Positions 10,393 to 22,151 of a DNA stretch of 64,000 nucleotides are shown piece after piece. The first letter of the stretch is position 1. The number at the start of each line of letters is the position of its first letter. Source of the DNA: an uncultured Methanosarcinaceae archaeon (GTDB lineage: Archaea; Halobacteriota; Methanosarcinia; Methanosarcinales; Methanosarcinaceae); the NCBI GenBank assembly GCA_963847185.1, contig CAWJYV010000010.1:352001-416000 (forward strand), in the 5' to 3' direction. The position numbers and the translations under genes were made by a program. Below the pieces are notes generated by a model that was given only the letters and a program-made list of their open reading frames with translations, did no database searches and had not been told where the DNA came from.

Positions 10393-11052
10393 ATGATGAA
10401 ACGAATAGCAATTTTCTTTGTATTGGCGATGTTGCTTTTGATGCCATTTAATGCGATGGCAAGTGCTCCACAGGTATCCTGCAAAGCAGGTACATGCAGT
10501 AATTTAAAAATTACCAAAGTCACAATAAATCCTACAGGAAAAACTGCACCTGTGAAAGTTGGGTTTACAAGTTATATATCAGGACCTGTTAAACTTGTTC
10601 AATACACAGTGGTGAATCCTAAAACTGGAAAAACGGTTGGTTCAGCACGTGCCTACTGTTCAAAATGCACGAAAAAAGGGATATGTACCAGCAGTTGCGT
10701 TATAAAAGAAGCCGGAACTTTTGATGTGAAAGTGACTGCGTACGGTTCTGGAAACTGTTGTGTGAGCACGGTTAAAAAGGCAGCTTTTACATTAGCACCT
10801 GCAAAGACCTCTACGTCTACAGGGCTCGTTCCAAGTTTTAAATCTACTATCTCCGGAAAGAAAGTAACCTTCAAAGATACGACTTCAGGCGCTAAAGCTA
10901 CAAAATGGAGCTGGAATTTAGGTGATGGTTCCAGATCAACTGCACAGAATCCCAGTCACACCTACAAAAAGGCAGGAGCCTATACAGTTTGTTTGACTGT
11001 GTTTAGCGGTAATAATTATAAACTTGTCAGTAATCGCATAATTATTAAATAA
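10393..11052 (+). CDS. Secreted PKD-domain protein
   Basis: Signal peptide ([22 protein letters not shown]), Cys/Lys-rich N-terminal domain, C-terminal PKD motif (VTFKD...[28 protein letters not shown]). Confidence 0.85.
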   Translation: MMKRIAIFFVLAMLLLMPFNAMASAPQVSCKAGTCSNLKITKVTINPTGKTAPVKVGFTSYISGPVKLVQYTVVNPKTGKTVGSARAYCSKCTKKGICTSSCVIKEAGTFDVKVTAYGSGNCCVSTVKKAAFTLAPAKTSTSTGLVPSFKSTISGKKVTFKDTTSGAKATKWSWNLGDGSRSTAQNPSHTYKKAGAYTVCLTVFSGNNYKLVSNRIIIK

Positions 11053-11309
11053 TAAAGGGAAAATAAAGGGAAAAAGATCCCTTCCTATTTTTAACGGATA
11101 TTGTTACTTCTACCTTTTTTGATTAATAACTCAAAAATAAATAAAAACTCAAAAACAAATTTTAGGTTTGGGATTGAATTTTAATATAAAAAATAAAAGA
11201 TATTCTGAACTCACAATGTGTAAGTTAGATATCTTTTTAAAACCTGGGAAATATCAGTAAGCCTGTCTAATCTGAAACGTCAACTTTCTATGCTTCTTAC
11301 TATTCAGGC

Positions 11310-11600
11310 TTAATCTACTAGCTGGTTAATTTTGTTGTAAAAATCTATTATAACATTTGTTGCCTCACTTTCCATGTTCAGCTGGAAAGTTCGGATTTGC
11401 TTCCCCAGTGGTTTTTCCAGGACGACTCCTGACACGACCAGAGGCGTGATAACCCTTGCAACACTGGAGTGCGATAGTCCAGTTGCTTCAGCTATTCCTG
11501 AAAGGTAGGTTGGTTCGTTCTTGTTTTCGATCAAATTCTTAAGTACCGTCATCTGTGCAGTTTTTCCAAAGATTTTTTCTATTGAGTCCATTAATATCAT
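11310..11600 (-). CDS. Winged helix-turn-helix protein (putative transcription regulator)
   Basis: YLSGIAEATGLSHSSVARVITPLV..G.V HTH plus wing. The start may be ATG 11591. Confidence 0.8.
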   Translation of the reverse strand: MILMDSIEKIFGKTAQMTVLKNLIENKNEPTYLSGIAEATGLSHSSVARVITPLVVSGVVLEKPLGKQIRTFQLNMESEATNVIIDFYNKINQLVD

Positions 11601-11731
11601 CTCAGAGGTGGCTATTCTCTATAAGTGATTCAGTTCCAATAACTATCTACCGTTAATAAACTTATCTCTCTGTTGAATAAATTGGTATACTACAAAATTT
11701 TTTCTCAACGTTTAACATCAGAAAGCTTTAT

Positions 11732-11791
11732 ATTCTAACTTCTGCCTTTTTAAGCGCATAGATTCTAACTTCCGCCTTTTTAAGCGCATAG
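11732..11791. repeat. 30-bp tandem duplication
   Basis: ATTCTAACTTCYGCCTTTTTAAGCGCATAG at 11732 and 11762 (one mismatch). Confidence 0.85.
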
Positions 11792-12209
11792 ATTCAACTT
11801 TTCATAATATCTTTTCGTTTTCCTGTGATCTCAGTAACTATTACTTCTCCATTTTGCAGTTCTACTTTCCTTATCTTTTCAAGCTTTAAAAATAAACTTT
11901 CTGTTGTATTGAATCGATCTTTGGACTCTGGTTCATGGCGATGTGGCGAAAATTTAAGGCAATCTCAAGTTCAAACATCGTTTTTGAGGTTAATCAATAG
12001 CTCATCAACTACCTGTCTTGGCAGCTAATTATTTCTAATTGTGTGAAAAAGCTTAACTATTAAAACCAGTTTAGGAATATAAAGAAGACTTCTAGGGATA
12101 GTTATTAGTTATAAGATCTTCAATCTGAATAAAATCTTTCAGTTTAATCGTTCATATATTCTTAAATCATCGGCCTGCATGAAAAGGCTCAAGCAACAGG
12201 AGATACATA

Positions 12210-12488
12210 ATGACATCAAGTCGATTCATCATTACAGTTATAGGTAGTGACCGTGTGGGAATTGTTGCCAGAATCACTACGGTGATGGCAAGTTTCAATG
12301 TAAATATTGTCGATATCAGCCAGACCATCATGCAGGGTATTTTTACCATGATTATGCTTGCAGAAGCCCCGCAGGAAAATTTTGACCTTGCGGCTTTTCA
12401 GGAAGCAATGGTTTCTGAAGGAAGGAGCCTTGGAGTCGAGGTAAAGGTACAGCATGAAGATGCTTTTCTTTTCATGCACAGGATCTGA
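12210..12488 (+). CDS. ACT-domain protein (UPF0237-like)
   Basis: [14 protein letters not shown]..., [16 protein letters not shown]-terminal QHEDAF.FMHRI. AGGAG RBS. Confidence 0.88.
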   Translation: MTSSRFIITVIGSDRVGIVARITTVMASFNVNIVDISQTIMQGIFTMIMLAEAPQENFDLAAFQEAMVSEGRSLGVEVKVQHEDAFLFMHRI

Positions 12489-12511
12489 ACTGGAAAATCA
12501 GGGGGACTTTC

Positions 12512-13873
12512 ATGCTTATAAACCCGAATGAAATTCTGGAAACAATCCGGATGGTCAAAATGGAACATCTGGATATCAGGACCGTAACTATGGGAATCAG
12601 CCTCAGGGACTGCAGCCATCCTGATATCGATATTTTCAATCAAAATATCTACGAAAAAATAACTTCACGTGCAAAAGAACTTGTCCGCACAACTAATGAA
12701 ATCCAGAACCTTTATGGGATTCCCATAATCAACAAAAGGATCTCAGTAACCCCAATAGCTATTGTAGCCGAAAGCTGCAAAACTCCGGACTTTGTTTCTA
12801 TTGCAAAAACCCTGGATGAGGCTGCAAAGGAGGCAGGAGTGGATTTTATCGGAGGTTTCAGTGCCCTTGTCCATAAAGGGACAACTCCAGGGGATTTGAA
12901 ACTCATAAATTCGATTCCCGAAGCTCTCGCATGCACTGAAAAGGTCTGTTCATCGGTGAATGTTGCTACCACGAAAGCCGGAATCAATATGGATGCAGTT
13001 GGCCTGATGGGCAATATCATCAAAAGAGCTGCTGAACTGACTGCTGATAGGGACGGAATTGGCTGTGCCAAACTTGTAATTTTTGCCAATGCCCCGGAAG
13101 ACAATCCTTTTATGGCAGGAGCTTTCCATGGAATAGGAGAACCTGAATGCGTGATCAATGTAGGCGTAAGCGGACCTGGAGTTGTGAACGCTGCTGTTCG
13201 AGAACTTGAAAATCCTAATCTTACGGAGATCTCGGAGACCATCAAAAAGACAGCTTTCAAAATAACCCGCATGGGAGAAATGGTAGGCAGAGAGGTTTCT
13301 CGAAGGCTTGGTGTTGAATTCGGGATCCTTGACCTTTCCCTGGCTCCGACTCCGGAGATTGGAGACAGTGTTGCTGCCATTCTGGAAGCAATGGGACTTG
13401 AACGATGTGGGGCCCATGGAACAACTGCAGCCCTCGCCCTTCTGAATGATGCGGTAAAGAAAGGAGGAGCAATGGCATCTTCCTGTGTAGGCGGCCTTAG
13501 CGGGGCTTTTATCCCTGTCAGTGAGGACGCAGGCATGATAGAAGCCGTTAAAGCAGGGGCTCTTACCCTGGAAAAACTCGAAGCTATGACAAGTATCTGC
13601 TCAGTCGGGCTTGATATGATTGCAGTGCCGGGAAACACTCCAGCTTCCACACTTTCTGCAATTATAGCCGACGAAATGGCAATAGGGGTAATTAACAAAA
13701 AAACTACCGCAGTGAGGATTATCCCTGCACCCGGAAAAGGAATTGGAGATTCCGTAGAATTCGGCGGGCTGCTTGGAAGTGCTCCTATTATGCCAGTAAG
13801 TAACTTCAGTTCAGAGGTTTTTGTAAAGCGGGGAGGAAGAATCCCAGCTCCGATTCAGTCGCTGACAAACTGA
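12512..13873 (+). CDS. DUF711/UPF0210 (PFL-like) family protein
   Basis: [62 protein letters not shown] and RGGRIPAP motifs; follows the ACT gene as usual for this family. Confidence 0.9.
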   Translation: MLINPNEILETIRMVKMEHLDIRTVTMGISLRDCSHPDIDIFNQNIYEKITSRAKELVRTTNEIQNLYGIPIINKRISVTPIAIVAESCKTPDFVSIAKTLDEAAKEAGVDFIGGFSALVHKGTTPGDLKLINSIPEALACTEKVCSSVNVATTKAGINMDAVGLMGNIIKRAAELTADRDGIGCAKLVIFANAPEDNPFMAGAFHGIGEPECVINVGVSGPGVVNAAVRELENPNLTEISETIKKTAFKITRMGEMVGREVSRRLGVEFGILDLSLAPTPEIGDSVAAILEAMGLERCGAHGTTAALALLNDAVKKGGAMASSCVGGLSGAFIPVSEDAGMIEAVKAGALTLEKLEAMTSICSVGLDMIAVPGNTPASTLSAIIADEMAIGVINKKTTAVRIIPAPGKGIGDSVEFGGLLGSAPIMPVSNFSSEVFVKRGGRIPAPIQSLTN

Positions 13874-13959
13874 ATAGTAGCTTTTCACATTTCTCCAAAG
13901 ATTAAACTTATTATAAAATCTTAATCCTATTTTTCAATCTTTGGCTTATTTTTTTAGAC

Positions 13960-14910
13960 TTATTTTTTGGGCTTTTTTTTAAATTCATTTTTTTCTTCGC
14001 TTTCAGTCCAGAGAGATCTCATCATTTCCCTTATCCCTTCTATTTTTTTAATATTGGCTTCGTCATTTATTATGTCGAGATCATTGAAAGATTCAAGGGC
14101 AAGCTTGGCTGCAATAGAGGCATTATTCAGGTATCCGTTCTCTGCGGTGCCCATAATTGTCTGAAGGGCAGAAGCTGCCTGAAAAACCGCGTTTTCCATG
14201 TTTTCTTTCTCAGCTTTTTTTCCGATATCTTCAATAGAGCTGGCAATACTTCTCACTGAATCTTGAAGATTTTCCTGCATGGCTGCTGCAGCCATCTCCA
14301 GGAGCATAAGTTCCACTCCGACTGCAGCCTCTTCCAGACTTTTTTGAGCTGTAAGTTTTCCCAGGTCTCCAAGGCAGGAAATGCATACTGCAGCATTTTC
14401 AGAAATGTCCGGAAATTTCATTTTATAAACTGCTTTTCCGATTTCTCCAAGTCCGATAACAACTGCTATGGTTTCTCTCTCCTTATTCAGGAGAGCTGCC
14501 GTATTTCCGCTTTTTCCAAGCACTGAGGCTGCAAGTTTAGCTACAGTCTCAAGCTGCTGCTCTGCAGCTGCTTTTCCAATGATTCCAAAAGATAGTAGAA
14601 CTTTGACAGTCGTACTTTCAGTATTCTGGTCCATAGAACACTGAAGCATTTTTTCAAGAGCCTTTATAGCATTGACTGCCGCATTCTCCATCCCTTGCAG
14701 GGCAGCAGCCTTTCCGATTTCCTTTATGGAAACCACCATTCTTTCAGCTTCCTGCTCCTTTCTTTTATTAAGATACCCTGTACCTGTTTCTGTCAGGAAA
14801 CTGAGGGCCTGGCTTACTCCTTCGTTGAACTTATCGTTAATCGAAGCTAACCCCAAATTTATCATATTGTCTTCTTCTTTTGAAAGCAAGACCATAAGAC
14901 TCATTCCCAT
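13960..14910 (-). CDS. Hypothetical alpha-helical repeat protein
   Basis: 316-aa Ala/Glu/Lys-rich ORF with recurring I/LGK.A...(L/M)E units; start uncertain. Confidence 0.7.
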   Translation of the reverse strand: MGMSLMVLLSKEEDNMINLGLASINDKFNEGVSQALSFLTETGTGYLNKRKEQEAERMVVSIKEIGKAAALQGMENAAVNAIKALEKMLQCSMDQNTESTTVKVLLSFGIIGKAAAEQQLETVAKLAASVLGKSGNTAALLNKERETIAVVIGLGEIGKAVYKMKFPDISENAAVCISCLGDLGKLTAQKSLEEAAVGVELMLLEMAAAAMQENLQDSVRSIASSIEDIGKKAEKENMENAVFQAASALQTIMGTAENGYLNNASIAAKLALESFNDLDIINDEANIKKIEGIREMMRSLWTESEEKNEFKKKPKK

Positions 14911-15138
14911 AAGTTGTATTTCTTGTCAGAAATTCCTCTTTAATATAGAGACTTATATTTCTTCATTTATAAATGGAATTCAACTGGATAAAGTGAGGTT
15001 TTTCTAGAAATATCTAAAAAAGTTGTAGCAGATTACGGCATTTATCAGGAGTTTGATTCTAAACCAAACAAAGCAGAAATGCCTGATTCCCGGATAAAAA
15101 TAAATAACATGCGTTTATTACTTCATTAATAGATATCC

Positions 15139-15369
15139 ATGGTAATAGGAGTTACAATGATAAATGTGCTGCCAGGGTATGAGAAGGCAGCATTCAGGGA
15201 ACTGAAGAACATAGAAGGGATTAAGGACGTTTATCACGTTTTTGGGGAATATGATTTTGTAGTAATTATAGAGGTCAAAGATCTAAGCTTCCTGAATTCT
15301 GTTGTAGATAGAATCAGAGAAAGCGAAACTGTAACTGCTACACAGACAATTGTAGGGGCAGAACTCTAA
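15139..15369 (+). CDS. Stand-alone Lrp/AsnC ligand-binding (RAM) domain protein
   Basis: V.PG.E..AF..L..IEG.KDV.HVFGEYDF...I pattern, 76 aa, no HTH. Confidence 0.85.
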   Translation: MVIGVTMINVLPGYEKAAFRELKNIEGIKDVYHVFGEYDFVVIIEVKDLSFLNSVVDRIRESETVTATQTIVGAEL

Positions 15370-15656
15370 GCTGCTGACTGTCATTGAAAGTAAGCATCTT
15401 ATGATCATCCTGCAGGAACAAAAAAGCCCGATATACTTTTTAGCAGGATCTTACATTTGTACCTTAACCTTTTATTGAAACAGAAGCTTTGGCTTTGAAA
15501 TTTTGTAGAATCCTTTCTGAAATAGTTACTCCGCTAGAAAATAGGATTCTCAAGCATCCCTGCCTTAAATATTTATAAGGGTAAATAATAAGGTGACATT
15601 AGATTTATTTTGGTAAGGAAACGTTAGATTGATTTTTCATCCTGAGGTAAAATTCC

Positions 15657-17522
15657 ATGGAAGTCCCCATTGCAGAAGAACTTGCTAAAAAACAAAAGTC
15701 AATAAGCGTTGCAGAATTTTTTGAGAAAAACAGGCAAATCCTGGGCTTTGACTCTGCACCCCGAAGCCTTATTACGACCGTAAAAGAAGCTGTTGATAAT
15801 TCTCTCGACGCCTGTGAAGAAGCAGGTATCCTGCCTGATATCCTTGTCCAGGTCGAAAGGACAGGGCAGGACTACGTAACTGTTATTATAGAAGACAACG
15901 GGCCCGGAATCATAAAAGAGCAAATTCCAAAAGTCTTTGGAAAACTCCTTTACGGTTCGAGGTTCCATGCCCTCAAGCAGAGCAGGGGGCAGCAGGGAAT
16001 AGGGATTTCTGCGGCTGTGCTCTATTCCCAGATGACTGCAGGCAGGCATACAAAAATTCTCTCAAAGACCAGTTCCGATGCTCCAGCTCATTATTACGAA
16101 CTCATGATCAATACAAGCACAAATGAGCCTGAAATCCTGATAGATGAGATTAAGGACTGGTTCCGTCCCCACGGGACCCAGGTAGAACTGGAGATGAGAG
16201 CTGCTTATGTAAAAGGAAGAAGGCAGTCCATTTATGAATACCTGAAAGCGACTGCAATCGTAAATCCTCATGCAAGGGTCACGCTTATTGATCCTGATGG
16301 CAATGAGGAAGTTTTTGAAAGGGCTACGGATAAAATGCCTGATCCCGCAGAAGAAATCCTGCCCCATCCTGAAGGAATTGAGCTTGGAACTCTTATGAAA
16401 ATGCTCCATTACACTGAGCGCCAGAGGCTTGCTCCTTTTCTCAGGTATTCTTTTTGTAAAATAGGCCTTCTCACTGCAGAAGAGATCTGTAAGGCTTCAG
16501 GGCTTGATCCTGAAATCGATCCTCATGCCCTTGGCCGCCACGAGGCAAGAAAGTTAATTGAAGCATTTGAGAAGGTAAAGATTATGGCTCCTCCAACGGA
16601 CTGTCTTTCTCCGATCGGGGAAGAACTGATCTACAGAGGGCTTGAAAAAGAGACAAATGTGGACTTTATTGCTACAAGCACACGGAAACCTGCAGTATAC
16701 TCAGGAAACCCCTTTGTAGTGGAAGTAGGGCTTGCATACGGGGGAAATCTTTCAAAAGAAGATAAGATAAGCATTATGCGCTTTGCTAACCGTGTGCCTT
16801 TGCTTTATCAGCAGGGAGGCTGCGTTACTACCCATGCTGTAGAAGATATAAAGTGGAAGCAATATGGCTTAAATCAGCCAGGTGGAGGAATACCTGTCGG
16901 GCCTGTTATTCTTCTGATCCATGTGGCTTCTATCAACGTGCCTTTCACCTCAGAATCAAAGGATGCGATTGCGGATATTCCTGTGATAAAAGAAGAAGTA
17001 GATCTTGCAGTGAAAGATGTCGCAAGAAAACTTAAGCAGTACCTGAGCAAGCAAGATACTCTCAAAAAACGCCGGGAAAAAGAGATAATTATTACGAAAG
17101 TGCTTCCGAAAATGGCTTTAAAGGTCGCCAATATTCTGGACAGGGAAGTCCCTGATATCAGCCCTGTTGTTGCAAAGATTATGGGAAATTTACTCGTACA
17201 CAGGAAAGTGAAAAAGAATGAAGACGGGACTGCGGATATTGTAATAAAAGTAAAGAACTTCGGAAGCTCGACACAGTCCTTCAGGGTTCATGAGATGCTC
17301 CCCTGGACAATTAGCAGGGCAAAACCCGAACCAAAGATCGTGACTATGGGTAACGATTACGATTATATCTGGGACATCTCGTCATCAACAGGGTCTTCAA
17401 AGGTGCTCAGCTACAGGCTAGAGTCTGTAACGGATAAAGAACTCGAAAAACTTCCTCAACTTATTGTTGAAGGGCTTGCAGAAGAACTTGTCACCGGGGC
17501 AAAAGCCTTTAAGGGGTTATGA
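15657..17522 (+). CDS. top6B: DNA topoisomerase VI subunit B
   Basis: [42 protein letters not shown] motifs; [10 protein letters not shown]; VPFTSESK. Confidence 0.97.
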   Translation: MEVPIAEELAKKQKSISVAEFFEKNRQILGFDSAPRSLITTVKEAVDNSLDACEEAGILPDILVQVERTGQDYVTVIIEDNGPGIIKEQIPKVFGKLLYGSRFHALKQSRGQQGIGISAAVLYSQMTAGRHTKILSKTSSDAPAHYYELMINTSTNEPEILIDEIKDWFRPHGTQVELEMRAAYVKGRRQSIYEYLKATAIVNPHARVTLIDPDGNEEVFERATDKMPDPAEEILPHPEGIELGTLMKMLHYTERQRLAPFLRYSFCKIGLLTAEEICKASGLDPEIDPHALGRHEARKLIEAFEKVKIMAPPTDCLSPIGEELIYRGLEKETNVDFIATSTRKPAVYSGNPFVVEVGLAYGGNLSKEDKISIMRFANRVPLLYQQGGCVTTHAVEDIKWKQYGLNQPGGGIPVGPVILLIHVASINVPFTSESKDAIADIPVIKEEVDLAVKDVARKLKQYLSKQDTLKKRREKEIIITKVLPKMALKVANILDREVPDISPVVAKIMGNLLVHRKVKKNEDGTADIVIKVKNFGSSTQSFRVHEMLPWTISRAKPEPKIVTMGNDYDYIWDISSSTGSSKVLSYRLESVTDKELEKLPQLIVEGLAEELVTGAKAFKGL

Positions 17523-17523
17523 A

Positions 17524-18633
17524 ATGGCCGGAGAAGCAAATAGTAAAACAGCTCAGGGAGATGCTCTGGCAAGAGACCGACTTCTTGAGCTTGCAGAAAA
17601 GATCTACAGGCAGTTTGAAGAAGAGCTTATTCCAAGCGTCAGCCTGCCTAGCCGAACAAAAGCAAACATAGAATATTCCGAAGAGAGTGATGTCTGGGTC
17701 TATGGAGACAGAGAAAGCGAAAGAAGTGCGAAAACCGTAAAAGGCGCTTTTCAGCTTCTGAAGACTACTTATGCGACAGACTTCCTTATAAAAGAACACC
17801 TGGCACATAACCGCGGCTCAACGCTTCGAGAACTTTACTATATCTCGGAAGGCTGGGACGCTGCCAAGTTTAAGGAACAGGCTGAAAGCGACCGCCTGAT
17901 CGAAGACCTGGAACTCCTCACCAGCCTCCAGAGGGAGTATTTCCACATGCGTCCCGAAGAAGACGGGGCTACCATGTTCGGGCCTATCGAAATTTCGGAG
18001 CAGACAAAGCGGGGAGAGCGGAATATCCACTGCCAGAAAGATGTTGGTGAGGGAGGGTACCAGATCCCTTTCAACGTTGAGAACATCGAGTTTAAGTCTC
18101 ACGACGCCAGCATGATAATAGCTATAGAAACCGGTGGTATGTATGCCAGATTAATGGAAAACGGTTTTGATGAAGCCCACAATGCAATTCTTGTCCATCT
18201 CAAAGGCCAGCCTGCAAGATCAACCAGGCGGATGATCAAGCGCATGAGCGAGGAATTAAGCCTTCCTGTAGCTGTCTTTACTGACGGTGACCCCTGGTCT
18301 TACAGAATCTTTGCCTCTGTTGCCTACGGCGCTATAAAAAGCGCCCATCTTTCGGAATTCATGGCCACACCTGCAGCCAAATTCCTGGGAGTTCAGCCTT
18401 CGGATATAGTTGAATATGAACTTTCGACTGATAAGCTCACAGAGCAGGACATAAATGCCCTGCGGAGTGAACTTTCGGACCCCCGTTTTGAATCCGAGTA
18501 CTGGAAAGAACAGATTCAGCTCCAGCTTGATATAGGGAAAAAGGCTGAACAGCAGGCTTTTGCAGGAAAAGGTCTGGACTTTGTAACCGAGGTGTACCTG
18601 CCTAACAGACTCAAAGAAATGGGTATGCTCTGA
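17524..18633 (+). CDS. top6A: DNA topoisomerase VI subunit A
   Basis: STLRELYY (catalytic Tyr), AIETGG, KGQP.R.TR, FTDGDP (TOPRIM DxD), KAEQQA. ATG at 17524 just after the top6B stop. Confidence 0.97.
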   Translation: MAGEANSKTAQGDALARDRLLELAEKIYRQFEEELIPSVSLPSRTKANIEYSEESDVWVYGDRESERSAKTVKGAFQLLKTTYATDFLIKEHLAHNRGSTLRELYYISEGWDAAKFKEQAESDRLIEDLELLTSLQREYFHMRPEEDGATMFGPIEISEQTKRGERNIHCQKDVGEGGYQIPFNVENIEFKSHDASMIIAIETGGMYARLMENGFDEAHNAILVHLKGQPARSTRRMIKRMSEELSLPVAVFTDGDPWSYRIFASVAYGAIKSAHLSEFMATPAAKFLGVQPSDIVEYELSTDKLTEQDINALRSELSDPRFESEYWKEQIQLQLDIGKKAEQQAFAGKGLDFVTEVYLPNRLKEMGML

Positions 18634-18698
18634 GCGAACTTACTGGAGCTATCTATAGTAAAGCTCTTAACTTCATTCACTAATCAAAAAAAGAAATA

Positions 18699-18995
18699 AA
18701 CCGCTGAAAGCGCGGAAACCACCCCGAGTTCCGCTTCCCGAGTTCTGCTTCCCGAGTTCCGCTTCGGGAGCACGGGGTCTGTTTCACTCGCTTTGCTCGC
18801 TCAAGCAGACTAATTTAGGATTTAGAATCCAATTTCGCCTCGGGAGCACGGGGTCTGTTTCACTCGCTTTGCTCGCTCAAGCAGGCTAGTTTAGGATTTA
18901 GAATCCAGAATTCCTCATCGGAGGCACGGGAAACAGAAGATTTTATGGGAGTTGCACTGCAAGTGCAACTGCAAGGATCTGATTCGCTACGCTCG
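18699..18995. repeat. Cluster of REP-like intergenic repeats
   Basis: Three 14-mers CCCGAGTTCYGCTT (18723-18764), a ~67-bp near-identical unit at 18765 and 18841, palindrome AGTTGCAC-N5-GTGCAACT (18950-18970) and TCGCT..GCTCG motifs. Confidence 0.8.
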
Positions 18996-19171
18996 AGAGA
19001 GTTATTTGCGAACAGTAAAAATGCTTTCCTCTCCTAAAGGGAACTAATTTGAGAAACTACAATTTTTCACTAAATTGGGGCTAGGTTGGGATTTTTCGAA
19101 ATCTTTTAGGATCAAAAGTCTTACCTACATGCAAATGGCATATGAGCTTAATAAATGAGGGAATTGGTACT

Positions 19172-19574
19172 ATGAAAATAAATTATATCAATCCTGAGAA
19201 TATGGCTAAGCCGAGAGGATACTCGCATGCCATAACTGTGGAAGGGAATCATAAAACAGTTTATATCGGCGGACAAAATGCCATCGATGAAAATGGGAAT
19301 CTTGTCGGCAAGAATGACCTTATAAAACAAACAGAACAGGTTTTAGCAAACATTGAAAAAATAATGGATAAAGTGGGGGCAAAAATTGAAAATATTGTAA
19401 AACTTAATATTCATCTTCTTCAGGGTAATAAATCCTCAAGAGGGCTTTCAAGTTTTTCAGCAAAGATGGGGAACAAATCAAAATTTTCCAACAATAACTG
19501 TTCTGTTTGTTGCAGGATTGTCAAATCCCGACTGGTTGATTGAAATAGACGCGATAGCAGTAATTCCGGAATAA
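19172..19574 (+). pseudogene. RidA/YjgF-family protein, frameshifted
   Basis: N-half (PRGYSHA..., VYIGGQ, QTEQVL.NI) is in one frame. After about 19428 the C-half (NPQEGFQVFQQRWG...PTITVLFVAGLSNPDWLIEIDAIAVIPE*) continues in the +1 frame to TAA 19572-19574. Confidence 0.85.
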
Positions 19575-20229
19575 TGCGTTATGTCCATGAGTCTTTGACC
19601 ATATTTAAAAAAATCATACTCCTATTTTTGGGAAAAATACATAGACTATATGCGTTATTTTCGATAGCTTGCGGAAACTAATCAAAAACTGAAGTAAGCT
19701 TTTTCCTGCTGTCTTCATTTTCTATGTTTATAGAACCTTCAAATTGCTTTATCGGGCAATACTTTTTCATATATCTGAAAATATTTTAAATTCGAATTTG
19801 TAAAGGTATCTTCAAAGACTTCTAAAATGCCGCGAGTCATGCCCTGACTCTCAAGATACGACAAATTTTTCTGATCGGAACAGGAAATATTTATTTAACC
19901 TAAAGACGTACTAAAAAATTAGTATGAAAAGTGCATATTTGAATGCAAAATTATGTCAAAATTCCTTTTTTCAAGAGAATTTACACCGAAAAATCTGGTG
20001 GAATTTTCCGTGAATCTAAAGACTTAAAATGTATGAGCGCATATTGAATTTGGTTCGTGGTAGAAACAATAATAATTAAATATAAAAATTTTATAATAAA
20101 ATTTGAAGGTTTACAAAATTGATACGATTTCTAAAACCTATTTTGATGAAAGTTTTCCCGCGAATTTTTAAAAAAAGCTAGAATGTCGCTAGCTTCAGAA
20201 AATAATTATTAGATTTTTATGGAGAATAA

Positions 20230-22140
<1,911 letters not shown>

Positions 22141-22151
22141 GGTGGCTAAAA

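Noticed and set aside
11795-12025. Possible minus-strand gene remnant (KIRKVELQNGEVIVTEITGKRK)
   Set aside because: Looks coding-like but is interrupted and I cannot assign it to a family; too weak to call.
18723-18907. Possible CRISPR array
   Set aside because: Units are tandem or only two copies, with no unique spacers of regular length and no cas genes in the window.
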